Below are positions 54,588 to 63,344 of a stretch of 64,000 nt of DNA, piece after piece. Every line of letters begins with the position of its first letter. Position 1 is the stretch's first letter. The DNA is from Escherichia phage vB_EcoM-E33. The notes under the pieces are model-generated. The model searched no databases. It worked only from the letters and a program-made list of their open reading frames with translations, and had not been told where the DNA came from. A program made the position numbers and the translations under genes. The DNA lies in sequence record OL780484.1. One strand, 5' to 3'.

Positions 54588-54881
54588 ATGGGTAAAACTA
54601 TTCGTCGTAAAGAATTGTCTGTAAAAGATTTTTATTATTCCGGACGTCGTAAAGCACCTGACGGCGTAAGTCAGGAACTGGTTGAAGAAAATATATTCCG
54701 TTCCGACAAGTGGAAACGTATGCGCGGTGTTGATTCTGAAGTTAAGAATGAAATGAATCGCCAACTTCGTAAAGAAGTGAGAAAGCTGAAAAAAGATGTT
54801 TACAACGACGATGAACCTGATTACAATACTTCTCATCGAGTTGCAAAACGTAAATCAAACGAATGTTATCGTTATAGCTGA
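54588..54881 (+). CDS. basic hypothetical protein
   Basis: 97 aa, Arg/Lys-rich. Confidence 0.45.
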   Translation: MGKTIRRKELSVKDFYYSGRRKAPDGVSQELVEENIFRSDKWKRMRGVDSEVKNEMNRQLRKEVRKLKKDVYNDDEPDYNTSHRVAKRKSNECYRYS

Positions 54882-54888
54882 GGAAAAT

Positions 54889-55020
54889 ATGAATATCAAA
54901 CGAATGCTTTTTAAGCAAGGACTATACACTTTAAATGTTAGTCCAAAGGGCGATACAACCACGTGGTCAGTAAATGACTGGATTAAATTCATTGATAAAC
55001 ACGGAAACTGGAAAATTTAA
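54889..55020 (+). CDS. small hypothetical protein
   Basis: ATG 54889 after SD gaggaa; 43 aa; ORF-track start 54796. Confidence 0.4.
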   Translation: MNIKRMLFKQGLYTLNVSPKGDTTTWSVNDWIKFIDKHGNWKI

Positions 55021-55221
55021 ATGAATCCTGAATCTAAATTATCACAGCGAATTGCTGAAGCTCGTCGTCAGTTCTTTGAAAATATGATAGCCCAAGGTAT
55101 TGATGACGAAGTTTTTCTGAACTGGTTTTGGAACCACAAATATTCAAGTTGTTCAGGCGCTTTATTAATTTCAGCTGCATCTATGTACGAAGGCTGGAAA
55201 GGTGCAATGAGTCAAAAATAG
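55021..55221 (+). CDS. hypothetical protein
   Basis: 66 aa. Confidence 0.45.
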   Translation: MNPESKLSQRIAEARRQFFENMIAQGIDDEVFLNWFWNHKYSSCSGALLISAASMYEGWKGAMSQK

Positions 55222-55250
55222 TTTACAAACTCTTGGGACCAGAGTATAAT
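55221..55250 (+). promoter_or_regulatory. early promoter inside stem-loop
   Basis: GTTTAC 55221-55226 (overlaps the upstream stop), 18 nt, TATAAT 55245-55250; gggacca / tggtcc repeat flanks the -10. Confidence 0.6.
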
Positions 55251-55289
55251 GGTCCTACGGATTATAACTTTAAAACTGAGGAAATTATT

Positions 55290-55619
55290 ATGTCACAAGC
55301 TATTAAAAACGTACTGAACTCTTTCGCTTTCGATAAAGTAAACGAACTGATGAAAACAGGTTTTGTAACTCCTCAGGTTCTTGACCAATGGGTTGCTGAA
55401 CTGTTACCAATCATGCACTCTAAAGACCAGAAAATTGGTAAGAACGGTATTCGTGAAATCCTGGTTCAATATATCCTTGATGAATTCGATGTCGCTGCCT
55501 TTGGTGTTGAATCCAAAGCTTGGTGCCCTGGCGAAATCACGGATAAAACTATCCGTCGTATGAAAAACCAACGTAAGAAAAAATTCGTTGACCTGAAAAT
55601 TGTTAAGGCAGCGAAATGA
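55290..55619 (+). CDS. hypothetical protein
   Basis: ATG 55290 after SD gagga; ORF-track start 55128 would include the promoter. Confidence 0.5.
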   Translation: MSQAIKNVLNSFAFDKVNELMKTGFVTPQVLDQWVAELLPIMHSKDQKIGKNGIREILVQYILDEFDVAAFGVESKAWCPGEITDKTIRRMKNQRKKKFVDLKIVKAAK

Positions 55620-55882
55620 TTAAAATAAAACTCTCTAATTACGATAAAAACTTGGAAATGATTGCTATGAAAGAAGAACTCTTGAATGATGTCCGCTTTA
55701 CCGGTTATGCAGTTCAATTTAATGGTGATGGGGCTCTCCAGATTGAGGGTGACCACTTCATCATCGAATACGAATTTAAACAGTACTGGCTTTATGCGAA
55801 GGACGAAGTTGGTGGTGTTGATTACGTCGACGAGTTCGATAACCTGGATGATGCCTTAGAAGGAGCTCGATTCCTACAATGA
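55616..55882 (+). CDS. hypothetical protein
   Basis: ATGA overlap; 88 aa. Confidence 0.45.
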   Translation: MIKIKLSNYDKNLEMIAMKEELLNDVRFTGYAVQFNGDGALQIEGDHFIIEYEFKQYWLYAKDEVGGVDYVDEFDNLDDALEGARFLQ

Positions 55883-56142
55883 AACCCATATCCACCACCC
55901 TCGCCTACGAAGGTCTCGGATTTTTCTTAATAGATAACTGTATGGATGTTGAGTTTGTTTGTGGTGAGACTTCTTTAGTATGGAAGTCTCATATTTCCAA
56001 ATACAACCATCGCGAATATCCAAGTCTTTTTAAAGAATTTTGTGGATATATGTCTGAACACGGGTGTACTGATACAATTTCTTATTCCGAGTTCACACAA
56101 ATCCTTGAAACAGTATTTCAGGCTTATTGCTTACTCCGTTGA
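55879..56142 (+). CDS. hypothetical protein
   Basis: ATGA overlap; 87 aa. Confidence 0.45.
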   Translation: MKPISTTLAYEGLGFFLIDNCMDVEFVCGETSLVWKSHISKYNHREYPSLFKEFCGYMSEHGCTDTISYSEFTQILETVFQAYCLLR

Positions 56143-56177
56143 TGCTTTAAAAGGGTCTTCAAATACTATGATATAAT
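56143..56177 (+). promoter_or_regulatory. promoter-like cassette (MotA-box-like TGCTTTA and TATAAT)
   Basis: gaTGCTTTA 56141-56149; TATAAT 56172-56177 followed by agacctatga (degenerate copy of the conserved block); no GTTTAC. Confidence 0.4.
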
Positions 56178-56208
56178 AGACCTATGATTTGAGTTATCTG
56201 AGGTAACA

Positions 56209-56766
56209 ATGACCGAAATTAAACTGACTAAAAATAACTATGTAAATAATAAGGAGCTTCTGAAAGCTATCACCCAATGGAAAACAGAACTCAGAGAAAA
56301 TACCGATCCTAATAAAATAGTTCGCCAGAACGACGTTATCGGCTTGGCTATTATGCTCATTGCTGAAGGACTAAGTAAACGTTTCAACTTCTCAGGATAT
56401 ACCCAATCTTGGAAGCAAGAAATGATTGCTGATGGAATCGAAGCTTCGATTAAAGGTCTTCACAACTTCGACGAAACAAAATACGACAACCCACATGCAT
56501 ATATCACTATGGCTTGTTTTAATGCCTTCGTTCAGCGTATCAAAAAAGAACGTAAAGAAATGGCAAAGAAATATAGCTACTTCGTCCATAATGTCTATGA
56601 CAGTAATGATGACGACATGGTAGGTATTGCAGATGAAACCTTTATCCAAGATATCTACGACAAAATGACTCAGTATGAAACCTCTTTAACTAAAGCACCA
56701 GGGTCTGATAAGAGTGCCGAACCTAAAGTTGGTGAACTGGATTTTTTATATGGAACATCAGATTAA
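56209..56766 (+). CDS. 55: late-transcription sigma factor gp55
   Basis: 185 aa; [71 protein letters not shown] match T4 gp55. Confidence 0.9.
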   Translation: MTEIKLTKNNYVNNKELLKAITQWKTELRENTDPNKIVRQNDVIGLAIMLIAEGLSKRFNFSGYTQSWKQEMIADGIEASIKGLHNFDETKYDNPHAYITMACFNAFVQRIKKERKEMAKKYSYFVHNVYDSNDDDMVGIADETFIQDIYDKMTQYETSLTKAPGSDKSAEPKVGELDFLYGTSD

Positions 56767-56980
56767 TATCACTCCACTTTTAGATGGAATGGAAGACTTC
56801 GAAGCACTCCCTTATTTTATTAAATTGATATTACGGGATGTTAAAGGTCTTCCTATTGATATTGACCCACTTAACGTCAGGAATATTGAATTCACTTCTC
56901 CTGACAATAACGTAGATTACCGTTATCATGTTGAGAACGCTAATTTCTACTTCACTATTGAATTGACTCCAAAGGATTAA
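56750..56980 (+). CDS. hypothetical protein
   Basis: ATG 56750 overlapping the gp55 end; ORF-track start 56714. Confidence 0.4.
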   Translation: MEHQINITPLLDGMEDFEALPYFIKLILRDVKGLPIDIDPLNVRNIEFTSPDNNVDYRYHVENANFYFTIELTPKD

Positions 56981-56981
56981 T

Positions 56982-57293
56982 ATGCAAAGCCATGACATTT
57001 CTCAATTGACTGATGAGCAAATTGAAGAAGCCCAGCAACGTTTAGAAGAGCACAATATTAAAGAAGCTAATTCTCAAGCGGCTAAGATTCTTAAGAAGAA
57101 TGCTCGTGAAATCCGTCGTTTAAATCTCCATGCCCAAGGCGCTGTACTTGAAAACAACTTTGAAGCATATAAGTACGCTTTAATTAAATTACGTGGTATT
57201 TACCGTCAACCTGTTACTGATGAACTTGTTCAATTGATGTGGGAATCTACCCGCAAACAAATTTGGGAAATCGTCAATGGCCCTAGTAAATAA
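56982..57293 (+). CDS. hypothetical protein
   Basis: 103 aa. Confidence 0.45.
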   Translation: MQSHDISQLTDEQIEEAQQRLEEHNIKEANSQAAKILKKNAREIRRLNLHAQGAVLENNFEAYKYALIKLRGIYRQPVTDELVQLMWESTRKQIWEIVNGPSK

Positions 57294-57477
57294 ACCCTTT
57301 AAACGGCTTCTTATTGGAGCCGCCTTTAGACTTCGCTCATACGGTAATATCTGTATTAAGCAGTCCGAAACCGAATATAAAATGGTCGGCCAGTATTCCG
57401 ATGGAATTTTTCGGATTGAGCCTGTAGCCAAGGTTTGGGTAGATTCTCATCAACTTAAGAAATGGTGGCAACGATGA
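57277..57477 (+). CDS. hypothetical protein
   Basis: 66 aa. Confidence 0.4.
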   Translation: MALVNKPFKRLLIGAAFRLRSYGNICIKQSETEYKMVGQYSDGIFRIEPVAKVWVDSHQLKKWWQR

Positions 57478-57536
57478 TAACGTGGACAGGCGGCTAATGA
57501 AAGACGAATACGAAAAAGTTTAAGAGGTTGTATGAA

Positions 57537-57710
57537 TGACGAATTCGATGGATTTTGATAAGATTAAATCTGACAAAAATGAGATGATACTTCAATTTGA
57601 AGCCGCTCGTATTAAAGCAGAAAATGAAGGTACTATTACCTATAAGCCTATCAAGTTCAGGTCTAATCACGAACCTCTGTACGGTGTATTAGTTGGTAAA
57701 GGAGCTTAGG
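57537..57710 (+). CDS. possible 57-aa protein (not in ORF track)
   Basis: SD aagagg then ATG 57537 (MTNSMDFDKIKSDKNEMILQFEAARIK...); stop codon tag lies inside the terminator stem. Confidence 0.35.
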
Positions 57711-57720
57711 CTCCTTTTTT
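57701..57720 (+). terminator. rho-independent terminator
   Basis: ggagc-ttag-gctcc hairpin followed by tttttt. Confidence 0.7.
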
Positions 57721-57774
57721 GCTTTCTGAATGGATGATAAAATAAATCTATGAAATACATTATAAAGGTAGATT

Positions 57775-58797
57775 ATGAAAATTTTGAATATAGGTGATTT
57801 GCATATCGGAGTAAAAGCCGATGACCCTTGGATTCAGGAAATCCAGCTTAACGGTATTAAACAGGCTGTAGAATATTCTAAAGCAAACAATATTGATACA
57901 TGGATTCAATATGGTGATTGGTTCGATGTACGCAAGGCTATCACCCATAAATGTATGGAATTTAATCGTGGTCTGGTGGAAATTATCAGCGATGCAGGTA
58001 TTAAAGTCCATGTTATAATTGGTAACCATGATGCAACGTTTAAAAATAGCATAACTCCTAATGCGGTTTCTGAACTTCTTACTCAGTATGAAAATTTTAC
58101 TGTTTACGAGAAACCTACTACGGTTAATTTTGATGGCACCGAAATTGATTTGATTCCATGGATGTGTGAAGAAAACACGACCGATATCATGGACCATATC
58201 AAAAATACTACAGCAGATTTCTGCATTGGCCACTGGGAATTAAATGGTTTCTATTTCTATAAAGGAATGAAATCACATGGTTTAGAACCTGATTTCCTTA
58301 AGAAGTATAAGCAAGTATGGTCTGGTCACTTCCACACCATTTCTGATGCAGCAAACGTCAAGTATATTGGTACGCCATGGACCCTGACTGCAGGTGATGA
58401 GAACGACCCTCGTGGCTTCTGGATTTTCGATACAGAAACCCATAAAATGGATTTCATCATCAATGAAACTTGTTGGCACCGTAAGATTCATTATCCAAAC
58501 GCGACTATCGATTACAAAGATTTTACAAATATCGCAGTTCGTGTTATAGTCGATAAAATTGATGACGGTCTTACTAAGTTCGAATCAGAGCTTGAAAAGG
58601 TTGTCCACTCTTTACGTATCGTGTCTAAGGTAGATAACAGTGTTGATATCGATGATTCTGAAGAGGAAGATGAAGTTAAGTCCCTCTTGGATATAATGTA
58701 TGATTATATCGATGCCCTTCCTGATGGCCACACTGAAGACGATGTTAAAGCCCTTAAGACTATGGCCGCACAACTTTATAATGAGGTTACACGATGA
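57775..58797 (+). CDS. 47: recombination endonuclease subunit gp47 (Mre11/SbcD-like)
   Basis: 340 aa; LNIGDLHIG, GDWFD, IIGNHD, GHWE, SGHFH phosphoesterase motifs; T4 gp47 size. Confidence 0.9.
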   Translation: MKILNIGDLHIGVKADDPWIQEIQLNGIKQAVEYSKANNIDTWIQYGDWFDVRKAITHKCMEFNRGLVEIISDAGIKVHVIIGNHDATFKNSITPNAVSELLTQYENFTVYEKPTTVNFDGTEIDLIPWMCEENTTDIMDHIKNTTADFCIGHWELNGFYFYKGMKSHGLEPDFLKKYKQVWSGHFHTISDAANVKYIGTPWTLTAGDENDPRGFWIFDTETHKMDFIINETCWHRKIHYPNATIDYKDFTNIAVRVIVDKIDDGLTKFESELEKVVHSLRIVSKVDNSVDIDDSEEEDEVKSLLDIMYDYIDALPDGHTEDDVKALKTMAAQLYNEVTR

Positions 58798-59057
58798 CTT
58801 TAGATGAATTCAAAAAATCAGGCCTTGAACTAGAACACGACTGCATCGTTATTGATGACGATAACCAAACGAATATCATTAAGTTCTGGTTTGAAGCCGT
58901 GAGCACTCGCGATACCAACGAGCTTATTAAAGTTTATGTTGCTACTGATTGGGCTGTAGAATTTAGCTTTAATGTAATGGTAGATGATACTCCAGAAACA
59001 TTAATTCATATGGCTGAATCATGCATCAAGGATGCTTATAATGACGAAAATGTATAA
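58794..59057 (+). CDS. hypothetical protein
   Basis: ATGA overlap with gp47; 87 aa. Confidence 0.45.
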   Translation: MTLDEFKKSGLELEHDCIVIDDDNQTNIIKFWFEAVSTRDTNELIKVYVATDWAVEFSFNVMVDDTPETLIHMAESCIKDAYNDENV

Positions 59058-59256
59058 ACATGATTTTCATATTGGCGATGGCTGGTTCGGTAATGTAGAA
59101 TGGGACGTGGATGGTTCTTGGTATACCGGAACTATGTATGTCACTTCTGGATATTCTGAAGGTGTTTCATGGGCCATGGAACTTGACGACGTGTTTGCTT
59201 CTTCCGAAGAAATGCTAGAATATGCCGAACAAACAATTCGTGAGAACAATACATGA
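59041..59256 (+). CDS. hypothetical protein
   Basis: ATG 59041 (alternatives 59032, 59050); its stop overlaps the gp46 ATG. Confidence 0.45.
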   Translation: MTKMYKHDFHIGDGWFGNVEWDVDGSWYTGTMYVTSGYSEGVSWAMELDDVFASSEEMLEYAEQTIRENNT

Positions 59257-60935
59257 AGACTTTTAAGTTAAAGAAAGTAACGTATAAAAATATCATGTCA
59301 GTAGGCCAGCAACCTATTACAATCCAACTTGATAAGGTCCAAAAGACCTTAGTCACCGGTAAAAACGGCGCTGGTAAATCTACGTTCCTTGAAGCCGTTA
59401 CATTTGCTCTGTTCGGTAAGCCTTTTCGTGATGTTAAGAAAGGGCAGTTGATTAACTCAAGTAATAAGAAAGACCTTTTGGTCGAACTGTGGATGGAATA
59501 TGATGGCAAAGAATACTATATCAAGCGCGGGCAAAAACCCAATATTTTTGAAATCTCTTGTGGCGGTGAACGTCTTGATGAATCTGCCAGCAGTAAAGAC
59601 TTCCAAGCAGAATTTGAACAGCTTATCGGAATGTCATATACCAGTTTCAAACAGATTGTCGTACTTGGTACAGCAGGGTATACCCCTTTCATGGGTTTGT
59701 CGACCCCTGCGCGCCGAAAGCTTGTGGAAGACCTCTTAGAGGTTTCTGTATTAGCGGATATGGATAAGTTGAACAAATCTTTGATTCGTGAGACTAATAG
59801 CCAAATCCAAGTAATCGACGTTAAGCAGGATTCTATTACCCAACAGATTAAAATTTATAATGACAACGAAGAACGTCAGCGTAAATTATCCGGCGAGAAC
59901 GCAGCACGTCTACAAGTAATGTATGACGAGCTAGTTAAAGAAGCCAGGACTGCGAAGGGCAATATAGAAAAACTAACTGATGAATTACTCAATGTCATCG
60001 TCGATGATGACCCTAGCAACTCTATGAGTGACCTGAGCAATAAAGGATTTGCAATCAAGAATGATATGGCAACCTTTACTAAGGTCGTGAAATTATACGA
60101 AACTGGCGGTAGCTGTCCTACGTGTATGCAAGGGTTAGAAGAGCATGGGAACATCCTTACTAAAATTAAGGACAAGAACTTTGAACTTCAAAAATCTTTG
60201 GATAAGATTAATGAGCAGTACCAAGAACTCAAGCTCATTAAGGACCAAGTAACCGAACAACGTAATAAAGCGCTGGCTATTAAATCTCAGATAGCTACTC
60301 ATAAGCAACAAGCCATTACTGCCGTAGAGAAAGCTAAAAAAGTTAAAGTATTAATAGACCAAGCCGCTGCTGAGTTCGTAAGTAATGCCGAAGAGATTGC
60401 CACGCTTCAAGCAGAGCTTGATAAAATCGTCTCTACCAAATCGTCCTTAGTAATGGAAAAATATCATCGTGGAATTCTGACAGAAATGTTGAAGGATACC
60501 GGTATTAAAGGTTCCATTATTAAGAAATACATTCCTATCTTTAATAAGCAGATAAATTCTTATTTGAAGATTATGGAAGCCGACTACGTCTTTACCCTAG
60601 ACGAAGAATTCAATGAGACGATTAAATCACGTGGACGTGAAGACTTTAGTTATGCTTCATTTTCACAGGGTGAGAAAGCACGTATTGATATCGCACTACT
60701 TTTTACCTGGCGTGATATTGCTTCAAAGGTATCCGGTGTTAATATCAGCACATTAATTCTTGATGAAGTTTTTGACAGTGCTACTGACGCCGAGGGTGTT
60801 AAGAGCATTGCAACCATCTTGAATAGCCTTGAAGATACGAACGTGTTCATTATCTCTCACCGAGACCATGACCCACAAGCTTATGGCCAACATCTTCAAA
60901 TGAAGAAAGTTGGACGATTCACGGTGATGGAATGA
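59253..60935 (+). CDS. 46: recombination endonuclease subunit gp46 (Rad50/SbcC-like)
   Basis: 560 aa; Walker A GKNGAGKST, central coiled coil with CPTC zinc hook, signature FSQGEKARIDIALL, Walker B LILDEVFD. Confidence 0.92.
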   Translation: MKTFKLKKVTYKNIMSVGQQPITIQLDKVQKTLVTGKNGAGKSTFLEAVTFALFGKPFRDVKKGQLINSSNKKDLLVELWMEYDGKEYYIKRGQKPNIFEISCGGERLDESASSKDFQAEFEQLIGMSYTSFKQIVVLGTAGYTPFMGLSTPARRKLVEDLLEVSVLADMDKLNKSLIRETNSQIQVIDVKQDSITQQIKIYNDNEERQRKLSGENAARLQVMYDELVKEARTAKGNIEKLTDELLNVIVDDDPSNSMSDLSNKGFAIKNDMATFTKVVKLYETGGSCPTCMQGLEEHGNILTKIKDKNFELQKSLDKINEQYQELKLIKDQVTEQRNKALAIKSQIATHKQQAITAVEKAKKVKVLIDQAAAEFVSNAEEIATLQAELDKIVSTKSSLVMEKYHRGILTEMLKDTGIKGSIIKKYIPIFNKQINSYLKIMEADYVFTLDEEFNETIKSRGREDFSYASFSQGEKARIDIALLFTWRDIASKVSGVNISTLILDEVFDSATDAEGVKSIATILNSLEDTNVFIISHRDHDPQAYGQHLQMKKVGRFTVME

Positions 60936-61123
60936 GTGATTTTATAACAGGCCAGCATTTGTTGGCCGTTCCTGAACTAAAGCGGTATGTTTTAGTTAAC
61001 AACTTCTCTGGAGACGAACATCTTGTTACTGAAGATTATCTCCGAAATGCTTTTAAGTCAGAGTATGATAGAATCATGTCGAACAGGAACCCTGCCTGGT
61101 TCGTTTATGAATACTTTGATTAA
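60932..61123 (+). CDS. hypothetical protein
   Basis: ATGA overlap with gp46; 63 aa. Confidence 0.45.
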   Translation: MSDFITGQHLLAVPELKRYVLVNNFSGDEHLVTEDYLRNAFKSEYDRIMSNRNPAWFVYEYFD

Positions 61124-61185
61124 ACGTTAAGTGCTTTAAAATATTGATTTATAATACATCTACCAACCAAATGAGAGAAAATATT

Positions 61186-61599
61186 ATGTTTGCTAACGCT
61201 ATTACTGTTAAAGATATCCAAGTTAAAACCATTCGTACTGACTCCAACCCACACAATCAAAACCGTATCCGTAAATCATGGGTACTGAATATTGATACCG
61301 ACTCTGCACGTCGTCTGCAGTCTCTTCCACAAGAAACTAAGTTCATGCTCTACGGTATCATTGATAACGACGTATCTGATAAGTGGGTAGAAATTATGCG
61401 TCGCCATTATAATGATTCATTGGCCGCAGGTGCTAAACTGGTTATCGACCGTGATGGTTCTGAACGTCTCGAAGATGATTATTGCGTAGATTTTGACGAA
61501 CAACTGCTTGAAGCCGGTGCTATTGTTGCTTCCCAGATTCCAGAGTATATTGAATCTCTGCCTGAATCCATTCGTAAACAAATGATCGTTATTGCTTAA
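61186..61599 (+). CDS. hypothetical protein in the position of T4 rpbA, upstream of gene 45
   Basis: ATG 61186 after SD gagag; 137 aa; assignment by position only. Confidence 0.4.
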   Translation: MFANAITVKDIQVKTIRTDSNPHNQNRIRKSWVLNIDTDSARRLQSLPQETKFMLYGIIDNDVSDKWVEIMRRHYNDSLAAGAKLVIDRDGSERLEDDYCVDFDEQLLEAGAIVASQIPEYIESLPESIRKQMIVIA

Positions 61600-61623
61600 T
61601 TTTTGACTTGATAAGGAAACATT

Positions 61624-62322
61624 ATGAAATTCTCTAAAGAAACTCTGAACATTCTGAAAAACTTCTCCAGTATTAACCCAGGTATCATGCTTAAGCCTGG
61701 TAACACTATTCTAACTCGTTCAGTAACGGGTGCAAGTTATGGTGAAGCTACTGTAAGTGATACCTTTGATATCGAAGCCGCAATCTATGATTTGAACGGC
61801 TTCTTAAGTATTCTGTCATTGGTATCTGATAGTGCTGAAGTTTCGGTAAGTGAAGACCAAACCACTCTAATTATTAAAGACCAACGTTCAACTATTAAGT
61901 GGCCTATTGCCGACCCAAGTACAATTGCATTCCCAAGCAAAGCTATTCCGTTCCCGGTGGCTGAAGTTATTTTTGACCTTAAAGCCGAAGATTACCAACA
62001 GTTGATGCGTGTGTCCTCTGGACTGAGTATTGACACATTTGCTATTACTGTAGACAATGGTAAAATTGTAATCAATGGCTACAAACAAGTTGATGATAAG
62101 GACCTGGCACGTCCATTGTATTCCTTAGTGGTTGCAGACCATGATGGCCCTGAATTCAAATTCATTATCAACAAAACTAATATGAAAATGATGCCTGCCG
62201 ATTACCATGTACTGTTATGGGCTCGTGGTGAAGGTCAGGACGCTCGTTTCGCAGCCAAGTTTGAAGGTTCACAAGCTTCTTATGTATTGGCTATGGAAGC
62301 AGGCTCAAGCCACTCGTTCTAA
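61624..62322 (+). CDS. 45: sliding clamp gp45
   Basis: 232 aa; LKNF..IN.GIMLK, AIYDLNGFL.ILSLV.D.AE, GKIVINGY, FIINKTNMKM match T4 gp45. Confidence 0.92.
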   Translation: MKFSKETLNILKNFSSINPGIMLKPGNTILTRSVTGASYGEATVSDTFDIEAAIYDLNGFLSILSLVSDSAEVSVSEDQTTLIIKDQRSTIKWPIADPSTIAFPSKAIPFPVAEVIFDLKAEDYQQLMRVSSGLSIDTFAITVDNGKIVINGYKQVDDKDLARPLYSLVVADHDGPEFKFIINKTNMKMMPADYHVLLWARGEGQDARFAAKFEGSQASYVLAMEAGSSHSF

Positions 62323-62328
62323 AGCATA

Positions 62329-62358
62329 GGGAGGAATATTCCTCCCTTGGAGTATAAT
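62329..62358 (+). promoter_or_regulatory. palindromic hairpin followed by a -10-like TATAAT between genes 45 and 44
   Basis: gggaggaatattcctccc perfect 18-nt palindrome 62329-62346, then ttggagTATAATg. Confidence 0.4.
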
Positions 62359-62384
62359 GTAAAAACAAACCTGAGGAAATTAAT

Positions 62385-63344
62385 ATGCTTACAGTAAACA
62401 ATAATGAATTCATGTTCGAACAGAAATATCGTCCAGGTACTTTATCTGAGTGTATTCTGCCTGCGCATGATAAAGAAACCCTCCAAGCCATTGTTAATAA
62501 GGGCCTAATCCCTAACATTATCCTAGTCTCTGCTTCACCAGGCACAGGTAAAACTACCGTAGCTAAAGCATTGTGTGCTGATACAAATTCAGACATGTTG
62601 TTTGTTAACGGTTCTGACTGCCGTATTGATTTCGTTCGTAATGAACTTACTCGTTTTGCATCTTCCAAATCTATCGAAGGTAAACGTAAGGTAATTGTTA
62701 TCGACGAATTCGACCGCGCCGGTGTTGCTGAAGCTCAACGTCACCTTCGTTCGTTCTTAGAAGCCTATTCCTCAAACTGTTCTGTAATTATTACAGCAAA
62801 CAATATTGATGGTATTATCGGTCCACTTCAATCCCGTTGTCGTGTTATTAAATTTGGTGAAGCCACTCCGGCCGACCAAACATCCATGATGAAAGAAATG
62901 ATTCATCGTGCTGTAGCAATCTGTAAAAACGAAAATATCGAAGTCGAAGACCTTAAAGTTATTGCTGCCTTAGTTAAACAAAACTTTCCTGACTTCCGTA
63001 AAACAGTTAACCAACTAGACCGTTACTCATCCAGTGGTAAAATCGATACAGGCATTTTGAGTATTGTAATGAATACCAATTCGCCTATTGATGAAGTAGT
63101 GGCTGCACTTAAAGATAAAAACTTTAAAGAACTCCGTGCATTAGCTCCACGCCATGTCAATGACTATTCCAACTTTATTATGTCACTGGCTAACGAACTC
63201 TATGGTAAATTGCCTGGGCCAAGCATTGTTAGAATGTATGAAATTGTCGGTGAAAATAACCAATACCACGGTATTGCGGCTAACCCAGAAATTCACATGA
63301 CTTATCTGTTCATCCAACTTGCTCTGGAGCTCCAATGGCTATAA
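62385..63344 (+). CDS. 44: clamp loader large subunit gp44
   Basis: 319 aa; EQKYRP, SPGTGKTTVAKALC, VIVIDEFDR, ITANNIDGIIGPLQSRCRVIKFG, MYEIVGENNQYHGIAANPE match T4 gp44. Confidence 0.93.
   Translation: MLTVNNNEFMFEQKYRPGTLSECILPAHDKETLQAIVNKGLIPNIILVSASPGTGKTTVAKALCADTNSDMLFVNGSDCRIDFVRNELTRFASSKSIEGKRKVIVIDEFDRAGVAEAQRHLRSFLEAYSSNCSVIITANNIDGIIGPLQSRCRVIKFGEATPADQTSMMKEMIHRAVAICKNENIEVEDLKVIAALVKQNFPDFRKTVNQLDRYSSSGKIDTGILSIVMNTNSPIDEVVAALKDKNFKELRALAPRHVNDYSNFIMSLANELYGKLPGPSIVRMYEIVGENNQYHGIAANPEIHMTYLFIQLALELQWL

Noticed and set aside
22765-56177. CRISPR array, considered because a roughly 30-nt conserved block recurs many times
   Set aside because: Copies are kilobases apart with genes between them, in one orientation only, and match promoter architecture (-35/-10 plus leader), not short repeats with unique spacers.
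57760-58233. Minus-strand ORF of 157 aa (also 59141-59509, 59876-60175 and 26789-27256 minus-strand ORFs)
   Set aside because: Each lies entirely antisense to a well-supported plus-strand gene (gp47, gp46, or the 26720 gene) and has low-complexity composition; treated as shadow ORFs.
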